A stretch of 63,059 nucleotides of DNA, filler included, from Chiloscyllium plagiosum (lineage: Eukaryota): NCBI RefSeq assembly GCF_004010195.1. It is 4 parts of 2 records of this genome, joined end to end, with 100 filler letters (N's around TTAATTAATTAA, not from the genome) between each part and the next. Parts side by side here need not be neighbours in the genome. Positions count along the whole stretch, not along the records: positions 1 to 25,093 come from NC_057716.1; positions 25,194 to 49,409 come from NC_057716.1; 2 more parts are not named here. One strand, written 5' to 3'. A program made the translations under genes and the position numbers. The notes under the pieces are model-generated. The model searched no databases. It was not told the DNA's origin and worked only from the letters and a program-made list of their open reading frames with translations. Shown one piece after another: positions 24,001 through 35,192 of the stretch (the stretch's first letter is position 1; every line of letters begins with the position of its first letter).

Positions 24001-25093
24001 AATGGTGCCTCATCGTGCCAGGGACCCACGTTCGATTCCACCGTTCGGTGACTGTGTGGAGTTTGCACATTCCCCCCGTGTCTGCGTGGGTTTCCTCCGG
24101 GTGCTCCGGTTTCCTTCCACAGTCCACAAATGTGCAGTTCAGGTGTATTCGCGATTCTAAATTGCCCGTAGTGTTAGGTGCATTGTCAGAGAGAAGTGGA
24201 TCTGGGTGGGTTACTCTTTGGAGGGTCGGTGTGGACTTGTTGGGCCAAAGTACCTATTCCCATGCTGTAGGGAATCTAATCTAAACTCTCCCTCTGCGTT
24301 CCATATTACTGTCCCTAAATATATCCCTCTATCCATAAACAACCCCACACCCTTCAAACCTCCGAGTCTCTGTGAACTCCCACAACTCCGACATCCCTCC
24401 TTAACTGTGTAGACTTTTCCAGTCCTGAAACACTCTGAAAATGTGGACATCCTCCAATCCTCCCTATCTGCGCAATCCTCTCAGGTCCCTGTAACGCCCC
24501 CGATCTGTGGAAAGAACCCCAATGCATCTGACTCTCCCACTCAGTTTCTACAAGACTTACTATCGATGTAACATTCTCCCGTCGCTATCACCCGCCCTGT
24601 CAATGTAAGCTCCTCCAATCTCCTCACCAATCTACTCATCTCCATAACGTTCTCCAGCTCTTACACCTCTATCTATGTAAATGTTACACTCCCCTACAAC
24701 CAGCCCTAAAGCAGAAACCTCCTCCAGTGTGTGCAATGCTCCCTATCTGTGTTAGTGTCTCCAAGCTCTGTTGCTGTTCCTGTCTCTGTAAGCTCTGACA
24801 GATTATCCAGCTTTCCGGTCCATATAATTTCCAGAACGTCAGCATCCGACATCAGCAAATGTCATCATTAACTACAGCCTTCCATATCTCTGTTCGTTCC
24901 TCAATTCTATACAACTTCATAATCTCTGTAAATAGCACCATTCCATAAAATACTCCCTGTCTGTGTAAACTACCCCAATTCTACAACGAGAAGCCTCACT
25001 GTCCTTTTGATCACTTGTGTTCCTTTCAGATCTCCCTGTATCTTTCCTGACTCCATTGAATACAGCTCATCTCATGGTATAACTCCTCTAACT
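21060..25093 (+). repeat. Degenerate ~37-bp minisatellite (consensus about CCTCCCTATCTGTGTAACCTCCTCCAGTCCCTACAAC), interrupted by a gap, a unique block and a SINE
   Basis: Recurring CCCTATCT.TGTAACCT..TCCAG motif, plus a higher-order duplication of about 21920-22039 and 24420-24538. Confidence 0.75.
23973..24285 (+). mobile_element. Full-length HE1-type V-SINE
   Basis: tRNA-like head with A box TGGCTCAGTGG and B box GTTCGATTCC, V-SINE core GTGTGGAGTTTGCACATT..GTGGGTTTCCTCCGGGTGCTCCGGTTTCC, LINE-derived tail ending (CTAAT)n. Confidence 0.9.
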
Positions 25094-25137
25094 NNNNNNN
25101 NNNNNNNNNNNNNNNNNNNNNNNNNNNNNNNNNNNNN

Positions 25138-25149
25138 TTAATTAATTAA
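25138..25149. other. Artificial contig linker TTAATTAATTAA inside an N-run
   Basis: The identical 12-mer, with stops in all six frames, lies within N-runs here and at 49454-49465 and 59819-59830. Confidence 0.95.
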
Positions 25150-25193
25150 NNNNNNNNNNNNNNNNNNNNNNNNNNNNNNNNNNNNNNNNNNNN

Positions 25194-25446
25194 GGGGGAC
25201 AGAGAGAGGGTGAGACAGGGAAAGGGCGCAGAGAGAGGGGGACAGAGGGGGGAGACAGCGAGAGGTCGGTACGGAGGGGGCAGAGATGGTGGATAGAGGG
25301 GGACAGAGAGAGGATGGCACAGAGTGAGGGGCGACAGAGAGAAGGGGACAGATAAAGGGGGAGAGTGTGAGAGGTGGACAGAGAGAGGGGTGACACAGTG
25401 AGGGGGACAGAGTGAGGGTGACAGAGAGAGGGGAACAGAGAGAGGG
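25194..25446 (+). repeat. GA-rich low-complexity repeat (GGGGACAGAGAGAG-like)
   Basis: Direct inspection. Confidence 0.9.
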
Positions 25447-25516
25447 GCGTGAGCTTATTTACCTTGCATAAGTAATTATAATTGCAGAAGTAACACTACT
25501 TTACCTATATCCCACA
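25447..25516 (-). repeat. 3' LTR (first ~70 bp only)
   Basis: Starts TGTGGGATATAGG just after the PPT and matches 33655-33719 and 46696-46760. Confidence 0.9.
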
Positions 25517-27446
25517 ATTTCCCCCTTTTTATTTAATTTCCATTTGTTATCTTCTGCATTTTTCTTTTTACCATCGCCCCCAAAAGTCGCAAGCATCATT
25601 CCAGAGATTTCATCCATCTTGGTCTCACTCATCCCCTCATTATTTAGTCGATAAAGTTCCTCTGCCTGATTCCCTTTTAGGGACATCTGTTTTATTCAGG
25701 ATGTCTAAATCAGTCTTTAGGTGAGCCCTCGTATACAGGGTATGATACAACAGCCAATGGCCACCAATACCCCGGTTACTACTATCAGATAAGTAAGGAT
25801 GGAAACCACCACCCCTTTCCATTATCCAAACCATGATTCAAGCCAGGAGATGTGTCTACTCCTGAATTTTCAGCCAGTTCCTCTGCTATGGTAGTCAATC
25901 CCCTTAAGGCCCGAATAATTGAACCATCAGGTGCAGTGTTATTAGGAATAAAGGTACTACAGCTTCCTCCTAACATCACACGCACACATCTTTTTTCTGC
26001 TAAAATCATATCAAGGGCCATTCTGTTTTCCCATGTCATCCTACTTGTCGCATCAAGTTGTTCTGATATTCCTTTAACAGCATCTATTGTATAATTTATA
26101 AATCGCTGTTCGTTATAGAAAACGTAATTTATCCAATCTACATTTTTATAAATTGTTACCCACCAAAACAGAGCTGACTCAAAACCTGCTGCAATCTGGT
26201 TAGGAGCCTTGAACTCATCAGGTACCTCCCCAGGGACTCCTCTTGAACCGAGAAAAATCCTGTCATCGAAAGAAGTGTCTAACAGTAATCTCTTATCCCT
26301 TCCCTTTTTCCATACTATCTTTTCCTTCTCAAATGCCAGGATAAATGGAATTGCCAATTGTACAATTGCACATATCCCTCTCCAATGCGGAGGTAGCGTG
26401 GGTCTCAATATTTTGCCTCCACAGTGCCACCACGGATCCGCTCGGGGAACCTTTAGTGCTGAGTAGTTCCCTCCCTTCTCCGTTTTGGTAACATTCTTAA
26501 CCTCTGTACATAATTTCAGCTCTCCCAAATCTCTCGACCGACTTGTACCTCGTCTACGGACACACGACGTGTGATTTCCAACTGCGGTGGAAAACGTGGG
26601 GGGACTTTTGCATCTTTCTTCTCCAAGGGAGGGAACGTCAGAGATAGGGAGGTACAATTCCTATCATTCCATGCTGTCTCATCCTGATACAGGTCTATCA
26701 TACATTTCATTCCCTTCCTGTCTCACTTCCACCTGAGCAGAAAGGGAACCACCTGGGTCACTGGCCTACCGGAGGCACAAGCATAGCAAGTGCTCTTGTT
26801 CAGACTTTTTACAGTATCCTTTACCCATTCAACCCAGGCATTTGCATCCCTGTACCCAGTTTCTATTTCGATGGTCTGTTTCAAGTCCTCTACCTCTATA
26901 ATTTTTACTACTTTAATATCATCAGGAGGGGAGAAAGGTTGTACCTTATTATCCAGTAATTCTACCCGTTTTCCCTGTCCTACGCTAATTCGAAAATAAC
27001 AGCCCGAGAAATCCTTCCCGTTTGCTTTTATTTCTATCCCAAATGTTCCATTTAATTATATCTAATAGGTGTTCCCCCCCCCCCCCCCCCCCCAGAATTG
27101 CTTCGTGCCATGTGGTTTTCTTTATTGTTACGTATATTGGGTTACACTTTTTATCGGGACAATCGCGAGCTGGTCGGAAGGGGACCCGGTGGGCTGTGAC
27201 GAGACCATTATACTAAGGACCATCCCCAAGGCCGTCCCCATAGGACATAAGATGTATTTCTGAGCTGCGGTACTGTCTGTGATAATCTCCATCCCCACAG
27301 TTTACTAAACTGCATGCATCAGCGTCTATTACTTGTGGATTATCAGACTCAGGAACCGTTAATAATACATATGAAGATGATATTTGACAAAATCCTAATA
27401 CTAATCACATCACAAGTATAAGCATTCCCAGTCTTCTAAAAATCAT
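25501..27446 (-). pseudogene. env: Retroviral envelope (SU-TM), disrupted
   Basis: Signal-like MIFRRLGMLILVM*LVLGFC; furin site RDKR; immunosuppressive domain WENRMALDMILAEK; degenerate Cys motif before TFIPNNTAPDG; hydrophobic anchor ...VTGVLVAIGCCIIPC after a frameshift. Confidence 0.9.
25519..25530 (-). promoter_or_regulatory. Polypurine tract
   Basis: AAAAAGGGGGAA, then AT, then the TG start of the LTR. Confidence 0.9.
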
Positions 27447-27447
27447 G

Positions 27448-27462
27448 CTGAAGCACAAAAGA
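27448..27462 (-). promoter_or_regulatory. Putative env splice acceptor
   Basis: TCTTTTGTGCTTCAG lies one base before the env ATG. Confidence 0.5.
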
Positions 27463-27523
27463 CTTAATATACAAGCCTACAGAAATAATCCCCCACTCGC
27501 GTCGCCACTGTATAATCAGTTAC

Positions 27524-30500
27524 TCAAAGTCTCTTTAGTCTGAGTTTCAGCGGGTCTTGCGTTGATTCGGCTGTCCAGATTTCTTCCTCAACTGGAGATT
27601 CCACTGGCCCTTTGATCCGACTGTAGTGAGTCCAGCCTTTCTCCCCCGCCCTTATTGCCGTTTCGATAGTCAAAAGAGCCTGATACGGCTCTTCCCAGTC
27701 CGGCTGCAATTTAGTCACTCTGTCCATGATTTTAAAAGACCCAATCTCTCAACCGGATGGGATGAACGGTGAATTCAAGGGGTTGAGTTCTTCCCAAAAA
27801 CCCTGTTTCCTGAGGAAAGACAAAGAGGAGGACAAGCCCAGTGTATACTTCTTTAAGAACAAGTCTTTAGTTTCGGGAATTGTCAATTCTCCGTTCGTTC
27901 CCAGACAAGGTAATCCAAATATGATGTCATAGGGGGATAGTCCCAAATCTTTCCTCGGGGCTGTTCGTACTCGCAAGAGAGCAATAGGTAAACATTTGGT
28001 CCAAGGGAGTGTGGTTTCTATTATCAATTTAGAGTGCTGTCGTTTGAGTGTTTGGCTCATTCTCTCAACCCTTCCTGATGATGGCGGTTGCCATGGAGTA
28101 TGGAACTCCCAGGAAATTCCCAAACTTTTCATTACCCCCTGTAACACTTTAGAGGTAAAATGAGTTCCTTGGTCGTAATCTATACGGTTCACTAGCCCAT
28201 ACCGGGGAATTATGTGCTCTAATATTGTTTTAGACATCCCACTCGCAGTGGCAGTAGCTAGGGGGTATGTCTGAACCCACCCGGATTGATGATCTACTAT
28301 GACCAGCATATATTTTAGTTTTCCTACTCTGGGTAGTTCAGTATAATCTGCTTGTATACTCTGGAAGGGTCTCAATCCTGGGTCTCTTCGTCCCGGGGTC
28401 TGTTTTCTCAAGACTATCTCATTTACTTTTCTGCATATTATACATCCCTCACATATTTGTTGAGCAATTGTATATATTCCTTTACATCCATATTCCCTAA
28501 GACCTAAATCACACATTGCTTGTACTCCCCAATGGCTGCCTTGGTGTAGGACAGCCATAATCTCTCGCATCATCATTTTGTTTAACACTTCCCTTCCATC
28601 AGGTAACATCCAATGCCCATCTGCTGTTTTTACAGCCCCTAAATCTCTCAATTCTTTTCCTTCTCTTTCAGTAAATATAGGAGCTTCCCTAGGACCTGGG
28701 ACAGTAGGTATTTGGGAATGAATCACCACTTCTTATGGATTCAGTGCTGCTTCCTTAGCCACTTCATCGGCTAATCCATTCCCCCTAACTTCTGGTTCAT
28801 TTCCTTTCTAATGACCATTTACGTGCACTACTGCTATTTCTCGGGGGAGTAAAAGGGACTCCAAGACCCGTTCTTCATGAGCTAATTCCTTTCCCCGGCT
28901 ATTGATCAGTCCTTTTTCCTGCCATAGCTTTCCGAAAGTGTGCACAACACCAAATGCATATTTAGAGTCAGTGTATACTGTTCCCTCTTTATTTTCGAAT
29001 GCCCTCAGGGCTCTTTCCAATGCATGGATTTCGCAGGTCTGAGCTGACCACCCATTTGGCAACCTTCCTGCCTCTACCACACTACCTTTTATCCCGTCGA
29101 CGATTGCATACCCATGATGTTTTATTTTTCCCTTCGGTCACCCGGGATGATCCGTCTATAAAAAGTCTAGCTCCTGCATGAAGTGGAACATCTCTCAGGT
29201 CCAAGCAGACCTTAGTTTGGTATTCTATAATGTCAAGGCAGTCGTGCCCTGGATTCTGAGGAGAGTCTCCTTCCCCTTTCCAAAGAAAGGCAGATGGGTT
29301 TAAACAATTGTCCGTAGCCAACACTAGATCATCCTTTCTATTAATATTGCCTCATATATCAGAATCCGCGAGTCTGTCAATCATCGCCCAGCTTTTTGGT
29401 TTAGGATCGTTCTCACTTGATGTGGGGTGCTTACGATAAGGGCTCCGCCAAATGTAAGCTTTCTGCTTTCCTCCACCAACAGTGCAGTGGCAGCCACAGC
29501 CTGCACACACTCAGGCCTTCCCCGGGATACTGGATCCAATAACTTCGAAAGATATGCTACTGGCTGTTTCATTCATCCCCACCTCTTGGTTAATACTCCC
29601 AACGCCGCTCCCTTAGCTACAGTAACAAAGAGGTGGAAAGGTTTATCTAGAGAAGGTAAGGCTAACACAGGGGCATGGACCAGATCTCTTTTGAGTTCCT
29701 CAACTAGTTCTTTTTCCTCATCATCCAAACTTAGACATTTTGGTTCCTCCTCTAATAGATTGAGATATAATTTCTTAGTCTTTTGAGCATATGAATCAAT
29801 CCACAATCTGCAAAATCCCGTTAGACCCAAAAATTTACGTAACTCCCGTTTAGTCCTGGGCAGTGGCATCCCCATTATTCCCTCTATCCATTCCGGGCTT
29901 ATCTTTCACTTTCCCTCACTCACTACATGTCCCAAGTATTTCACTTCTCGCTCCACATATTGTAGTTTGTTTTTAGATACTCGCAGTCCCTGCTGACCCA
30001 GGAAATTCAATAATTTGTTAGTGGCTTCTACTACTCTTTCTCTTACTGTTACTAAGAGGTCGTCCACATACTGCAACAGGATAGTCCCCTTGGGGCTGCT
30101 AAATTTCTTCAATATTTGTTCTAACATCTGTCCAAATAAATTCAGGGATTCCGTAAACCCCTGGGAGAGCACATTCCACCGGTATTGCTGTTTCCATCCT
30201 GTCTTGGGAGCTTCCCATTCAAAGGCAAACAAATTCCTACTTTCCTCGGCCAAGGGACAAGCCCAAAAGGCATCCTTTAAATCTATCACACTAACCCATT
30301 TGTGGTCATGAGGGATCTTACTTAATAACATATAGGGGATTGGCACCACTGGGTGCCTGATCTATACTATTCGATTCAATGTTCTCAAATCCTGCACCAA
30401 TCGATAAGTTCCATCAGATTTCCGCACTGGTAGAATTGGGGTATTATAAGGAGACATACATGGCTCCAACAGTCCATCTCTAATCAGTCCCTCAATTATT

Positions 30501-31028
30501 GGCTGCAGTCCTCGTTTACCTTCTATGGAAATGGGATATTGTCGCTCACAGACAATATCCCCTTTCTTTTTAAAACTTATTTCTAGGGGAGGGATATGTA
30601 GTCTTCCACGATTCCCTTCTCTAGCCCATTCAATACGGTCTATCTCTCTCTCCACATTCTCTGTCAACATTGCCATTCGTATAACTAATTTTTTTCCTGA
30701 ATTCCAATCTCCAGTCCAAAGAGGATAATTAAGTCTCTCCCTAGTAAGTTACTTCCTATATCAGGGATATACAACAGTTCCCCTGTGACTCTATCCTTAG
30801 GACCTTCTATCATCATATGTTCAAATACTGGAACAGTAAATCCTTCCCCTTTTAACCTGGAAACAGTAATTGACCGTGTTGACATTTCTACTTTCTTTGG
30901 TTTAAAATTCAGTGATGATGGTGCTGCCCCCGTATCTACTAGGAAGATTACCTCTTCCCTATAGGGTCCTACCTACAAGTTTATCAAGGGTTTCTGGTGG
31001 GCCCCCGATGGCAGGAACCCCTGACACC
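27524..31028 (-). pseudogene. pol: pro-pol (protease, RT, RNase H, integrase), fragmented
   Basis: FLVDTGA protease; DLKDAF and YVDDLL RT motifs; FIDGSS and YTDSKYAFG RNase H; HQGSHWG..CEGCIIC zinc finger; D-D-E residues (QADY, DYDQG, GRVERM); GPY/F-like WEEPYQALL. Confidence 0.95.
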
Positions 31029-32686
31029 CTATTCTTCATCAAAATTCATAAGCAGAATTGCCCTATCTTCCCTTTGCAGATCGGGACACTCCCTCTTAAA
31101 ATGCCCTATCTTTCCGCAATAATAGCATCCTGCCTGTGGAGACGTCCACCTCTGCCCCTGTACCTCAAACCCTCTATCAAATTCTCCCCCTTGTCCTCTC
31201 CCTCTCCCTCTCCCTCTCCCTCTTCCTCTCTGTCCTACATGCTGCCACCTGCCGCTCCGGTTGCTCAATATTGGTTTTATTCTTTTCTTAACGACCTCAT
31301 CCACCGTAGCTGCCATCATTTTCACCTTCTGTTTATGTCTCTCATCCTCTCTCTTTCCAAACACTTTCTGTGCCTTTCTTAACAATCCATCTAATGGTTT
31401 TTCACTCCATCCTTCTATCTTCTGTATCTTTCTCTGTCTGTCTTGCCAAGCCTTTGTCACAAAATGTACTTTCAAAAGACCCTGTGCCACTAGGTCCTCA
31501 GGGTTCATTCCAGAATATTTCCGCATTGAGTCTCTTAATCTTTGCAAGAAAGGTGAGGGAGTCTTATCTTTCTCCTATCTAACTTCAAAGGTTTTAGTCA
31601 AATTCTGTGACTTCGGAACTGCCTCTCTTATTCTTTTTAGAATCAGGTCTTTCAATTCCCTCATTTCTTCTCTATGTTCCGGGTTTTGATTTTCCCACTG
31701 GGTGTCTCTGAGGAGAAACTCCGTCTCTCCCTGTCCAGTATCCCCATCTCCAATGGGATGTTCCCTGTCCGATATTTTAATGGCTGCTCCTCGTATAAGT
31801 CACCTTTCTTCCCCAGTAAATAGTATATTCAAAATAGACATTAACTCAGTCCACGTATACAGACTGGGCCCCAAACATTGATCAATTTGTTCAGACAACC
31901 CTACCGGATCCTCAACCAGGACCTTAATCTCCTTTTTAAATATTCTGACATTCTGACCTCCCCACTGGTGAGGGGGGGGGGGGGCACTTATAAACCCAAT
32001 CTCCTTGTCCCCTATTGGTACCTCCCGAAGGGGATAAGCCTTTACGTTCTTCACAATTTTTTCTGTTTTTGTTTTTCCCCCTTAGGTTTTGGTTTAGACA
32101 CTACAGAGGCCTCCTCCACGTCTACTTCATCTTTGCTTTCATTTGTTGAGGATTGAGGGTCGGGAACAACAACATCCCCGTCCACCGCCCCTTCGTCCTC
32201 CTCTTGTTGGGTCACCGTTCCCTGTCCCTGTCTGTCTATCTCTCCTCCTCCCCCATTTTCACCTAACCTACTTTTATGGTACGTGGGAGTGGGGCAAGCA
32301 GCCAAGAGGTTCCCAGGGACTGGGTGGGGCAGAGGGGGAATACCTTTTCTTTACTGCCATCATTCCCAAACTGCCCTTCCAACAGGACGCATAGTCCAAC
32401 TCTTCTTGACTAAAAGGTTGTTTTTTTTATTCACAAACAAATCTAAATACTGACAAAACCAATCCTCGTCCGAACCATACTTTGGCTAGAAGACAGCCGG
32501 ACGAAGAATTGGTTATTTGGTCCAAACTAAACAACAATATTTAATCATTTTCTTTTTATCTTTTGGCCTTGTACAAGTATTACTTGTCCATTCCCGTAAC
32601 ATCCTCCCCAACGGACTTTCAGGAGGAATGTTACCAGGGACTTTTTCTTCCTTTACTCCGTGACAGTTACTCTGCCTACCGCCTAT
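31029..32686 (-). pseudogene. gag: gag (MA-CA-NC), disrupted; start codon ATA here, ATG in copy 2
   Basis: IPPESPLGRML, PKYGSDEDW and QEELDYASCW matrix motifs; major homology region FLQRLRDSMRKYS; RG repeats; a single CCHC knuckle CYYCGKIGHFKREC; ends DEE-TAG. Confidence 0.9.
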
Positions 32687-32766
32687 TTCCCGGGGCCCTC
32701 GCCAGTCCCTCAGCGATTAAATACCCCTTTTCCCGGCCACCAAGGCAATATTTAAAAGTCAGTTTT

Positions 32767-32775
32767 CTTACCTTG
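32767..32775 (-). promoter_or_regulatory. Putative major splice donor
   Basis: AAG|GTAAGA in the leader between PBS and gag, conserved in copy 2. Confidence 0.55.
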
Positions 32776-32974
32776 GTCTGTGCACAGAGTTGCCTGGCCC
32801 TTTGTTACCGTATTTTCTATCGACCTCCTGTCTGATTCAGATGTCTCTCTTATGGGATTGATACGAGTCGCCCAAGGGAGCGGAACAAACTGGGACACGA
32901 GACCTCTCCTCAATTGGGCGGGACGTGTATTCCCAGTGTCCAGGGCCAGCCACTCCCCCCGGCGATGGAACAAC

Positions 32975-32991
32975 ATTCCGGACAGCCCCCA
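32975..32991 (-). promoter_or_regulatory. Primer binding site, tRNA-Pro
   Basis: TGGGGGCT-GTCCGGAAT versus PBS-Pro TGGGGGCTCGTCCGGGAT. Confidence 0.85.
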
Positions 32992-32993
32992 GT

Positions 32994-33724
32994 TTTGAAA
33001 AACAAAGCTCACTCACTTCAATAATTTCAGTCCGAGACAAGATCTGAATCAGTAGTGTCATGTATTTCACTCTTGCAAGTGGTTGTGATGTCCACTGTCT
33101 ATAAGGCAGGAACAAACACACACCGAATTCAACTAATACACGATATTTATGTAATTTGGTTTATTTTTTATTCCATTGCACCTCCCCGTTTGCATCTTCC
33201 ACTTCTCTAAGACCGGCACCCATTACTCCTGTTTATCGCTTGCCTTATCCGGCCTTGTCTGTGACAAAATGCTTAATTCTGGCCTCACAAGGCCGTTTGA
33301 CCACATCCCGCTGTGACTCATTGTAAGGTATATCCTTTCTTCACCATTATCTACTTCCTCCACCTGTGCTTTCACCAACCATACTGATCCTTCTAACCTT
33401 TTAATTGGGGTTTGTTCCTGTGTTTCTGCAAAAGTGGGAAACAGATGCTTAGAACTACTGCTTGTGCAAGCATATCTGGCTTAACCTACATCCTCACAGC
33501 ATCTTATCTATTTGACTGTAACATCTACCATTGTTTTACAGTCACATATCATTCTTGCATACAATTTTAGCAAATACAAAAACAATTATGTATTTCCTCC
33601 ACACAGTTTTCATTCCTGTTGACTCAGCTCTTAGTTGAAACAATTACACACTGGTGTGAGTTCATTTACCTTGCATAAGTAATTATAATTGCACAAGTAA
33701 CAGTACTTTACCTATATCCGAAAA
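32994..33724 (-). repeat. 5' LTR (about 730 bp), copy 1
   Basis: Bounded by the PBS and by homology to the start of the 3' LTR; AATAAA signals near 33160-33172; terminal bases mutated. Confidence 0.85.
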
Positions 33725-34246
33725 TTTATTAATGGAAATGAACTGAAAATGTTAGCCTCGGCAGTTGAACAAACCCAAATTTACACTTTTCTTTGCAATA
33801 TGTGGACTGAAAACTGTTTGTGATCATGCAACACATCAGGACATATGAACATCTCTTCCGTTAGAATCCTTGGCCATTTATAATAAAGAATAACCACAAC
33901 TTTGACCAACCAGTATCGTGTGTAATTACTGAACTGAAATACCAGAGGACAACTATTGTATTTATTGGATGGAATGATAACATATCCTCACTGTGGCAGT
34001 GGGGATTAATCTCAGGAACAAACAGATAGATACTCTTGATTATTCCACAGTAATTACCTGGTCATGAACACCTTTGTGTGACCTCATGTTTAGGGCTTTG
34101 TGTGAGAGTTGATTTTAAAAGAAAATCAAGATATTTTACAAGATTTAGGAACACATTGATAATCAAGTGTTAAACATATTAACTGAAGTCAACTTTTTTT
34201 TAAAAAGTGCGAGAATTGCTTAGAGAAACGCAATTAAACTATTGTA

Positions 34247-34562
34247 GAGACCCTGTTAGCATAGTGTTGTAGCAGGCCATTTGTCGAAATAAATGACCCT
34301 CTAAAGAGTAACCCACGCAAACGCATTTCCCGACCATATTTCTTTCCATTTCCTGCTGAGTAATACACACATCCCTGAACATGAAGTGCAATTTAGCATG
34401 GCCAGCTCACCTAACCTGCACATCCTTGGATTGTGGGAGGAAACCACAGCAAGGTCATATAGACTTGGGAAGAACGTGCAAAATCCACACAGTCACCCGA
34501 GGATGAAGTCAAACCGAGGTCCCTGGCGCTGTGAGGCAGCATTGCTAACCAGTGCACCACCA
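34247..34562 (-). mobile_element. HE1-type V-SINE
   Basis: Reverse complement of the 23973-24285 type. Also present in the duplicate at about 47287-47433. Confidence 0.85.
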
Positions 34563-35192
34563 TATGCAATAAGTAAAATCAGTGAGAGATATGCAAAGAT
34601 AAATTTCAAATGAACACACTCCAATATTGTCAAAGCAGTCAATCTTATATTTAATACGAATAAGTGATTGCAAAACAAAAAAAAAACAAATTCCCAACAA
34701 TTCACGAATGAATAATAATTATATATATAATTTGATCAAAGGTCATAACAATATTTAGATGAATTGCATTTTTAAATAACAAACGTAGATAATTAGCTGA
34801 CTAATAAATAATTAGAAGTGTCATATGTTTACTTTACAGACTAAGAAAGCGACTTGTTTTTCACCTTTGTAACATTGCAGAATACCAATGTGTGTGTGTT
34901 CCAAATGTTTGAACCAAGCACTTTCGAGCAAAAAACACTGATGACTTACGATCACTTAGCCTGTTCATTTTCAAGACCACAACATTCGCAAATATTTTCC
35001 AGGAATTTAGAACCAGTAGAACTAGTTAATTTTTTTTCTTGGGAACCTGAAGAGAATAAACGGCAGATACTGTGAATTAGTCATTCAATGCGAACATTCA
35101 GCTGAAGACAACATCCCTTCTTTCCAAAAATGTTCAACTTCCAAAAATACAAAATTTATTGTCATTGTTGAAAGCAACAATAAAGAGATGTT

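Larger units (their letters stand above)
25447..33724 (-). mobile_element. Class I (gamma-like, HERV-I-related) endogenous retrovirus, copy 1; defective, 3' LTR truncated
   Basis: Correct order LTR-PBS-gag-pro-RT-RNaseH-IN-env-PPT-LTR, with many stops and frameshifts. Confidence 0.95.
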
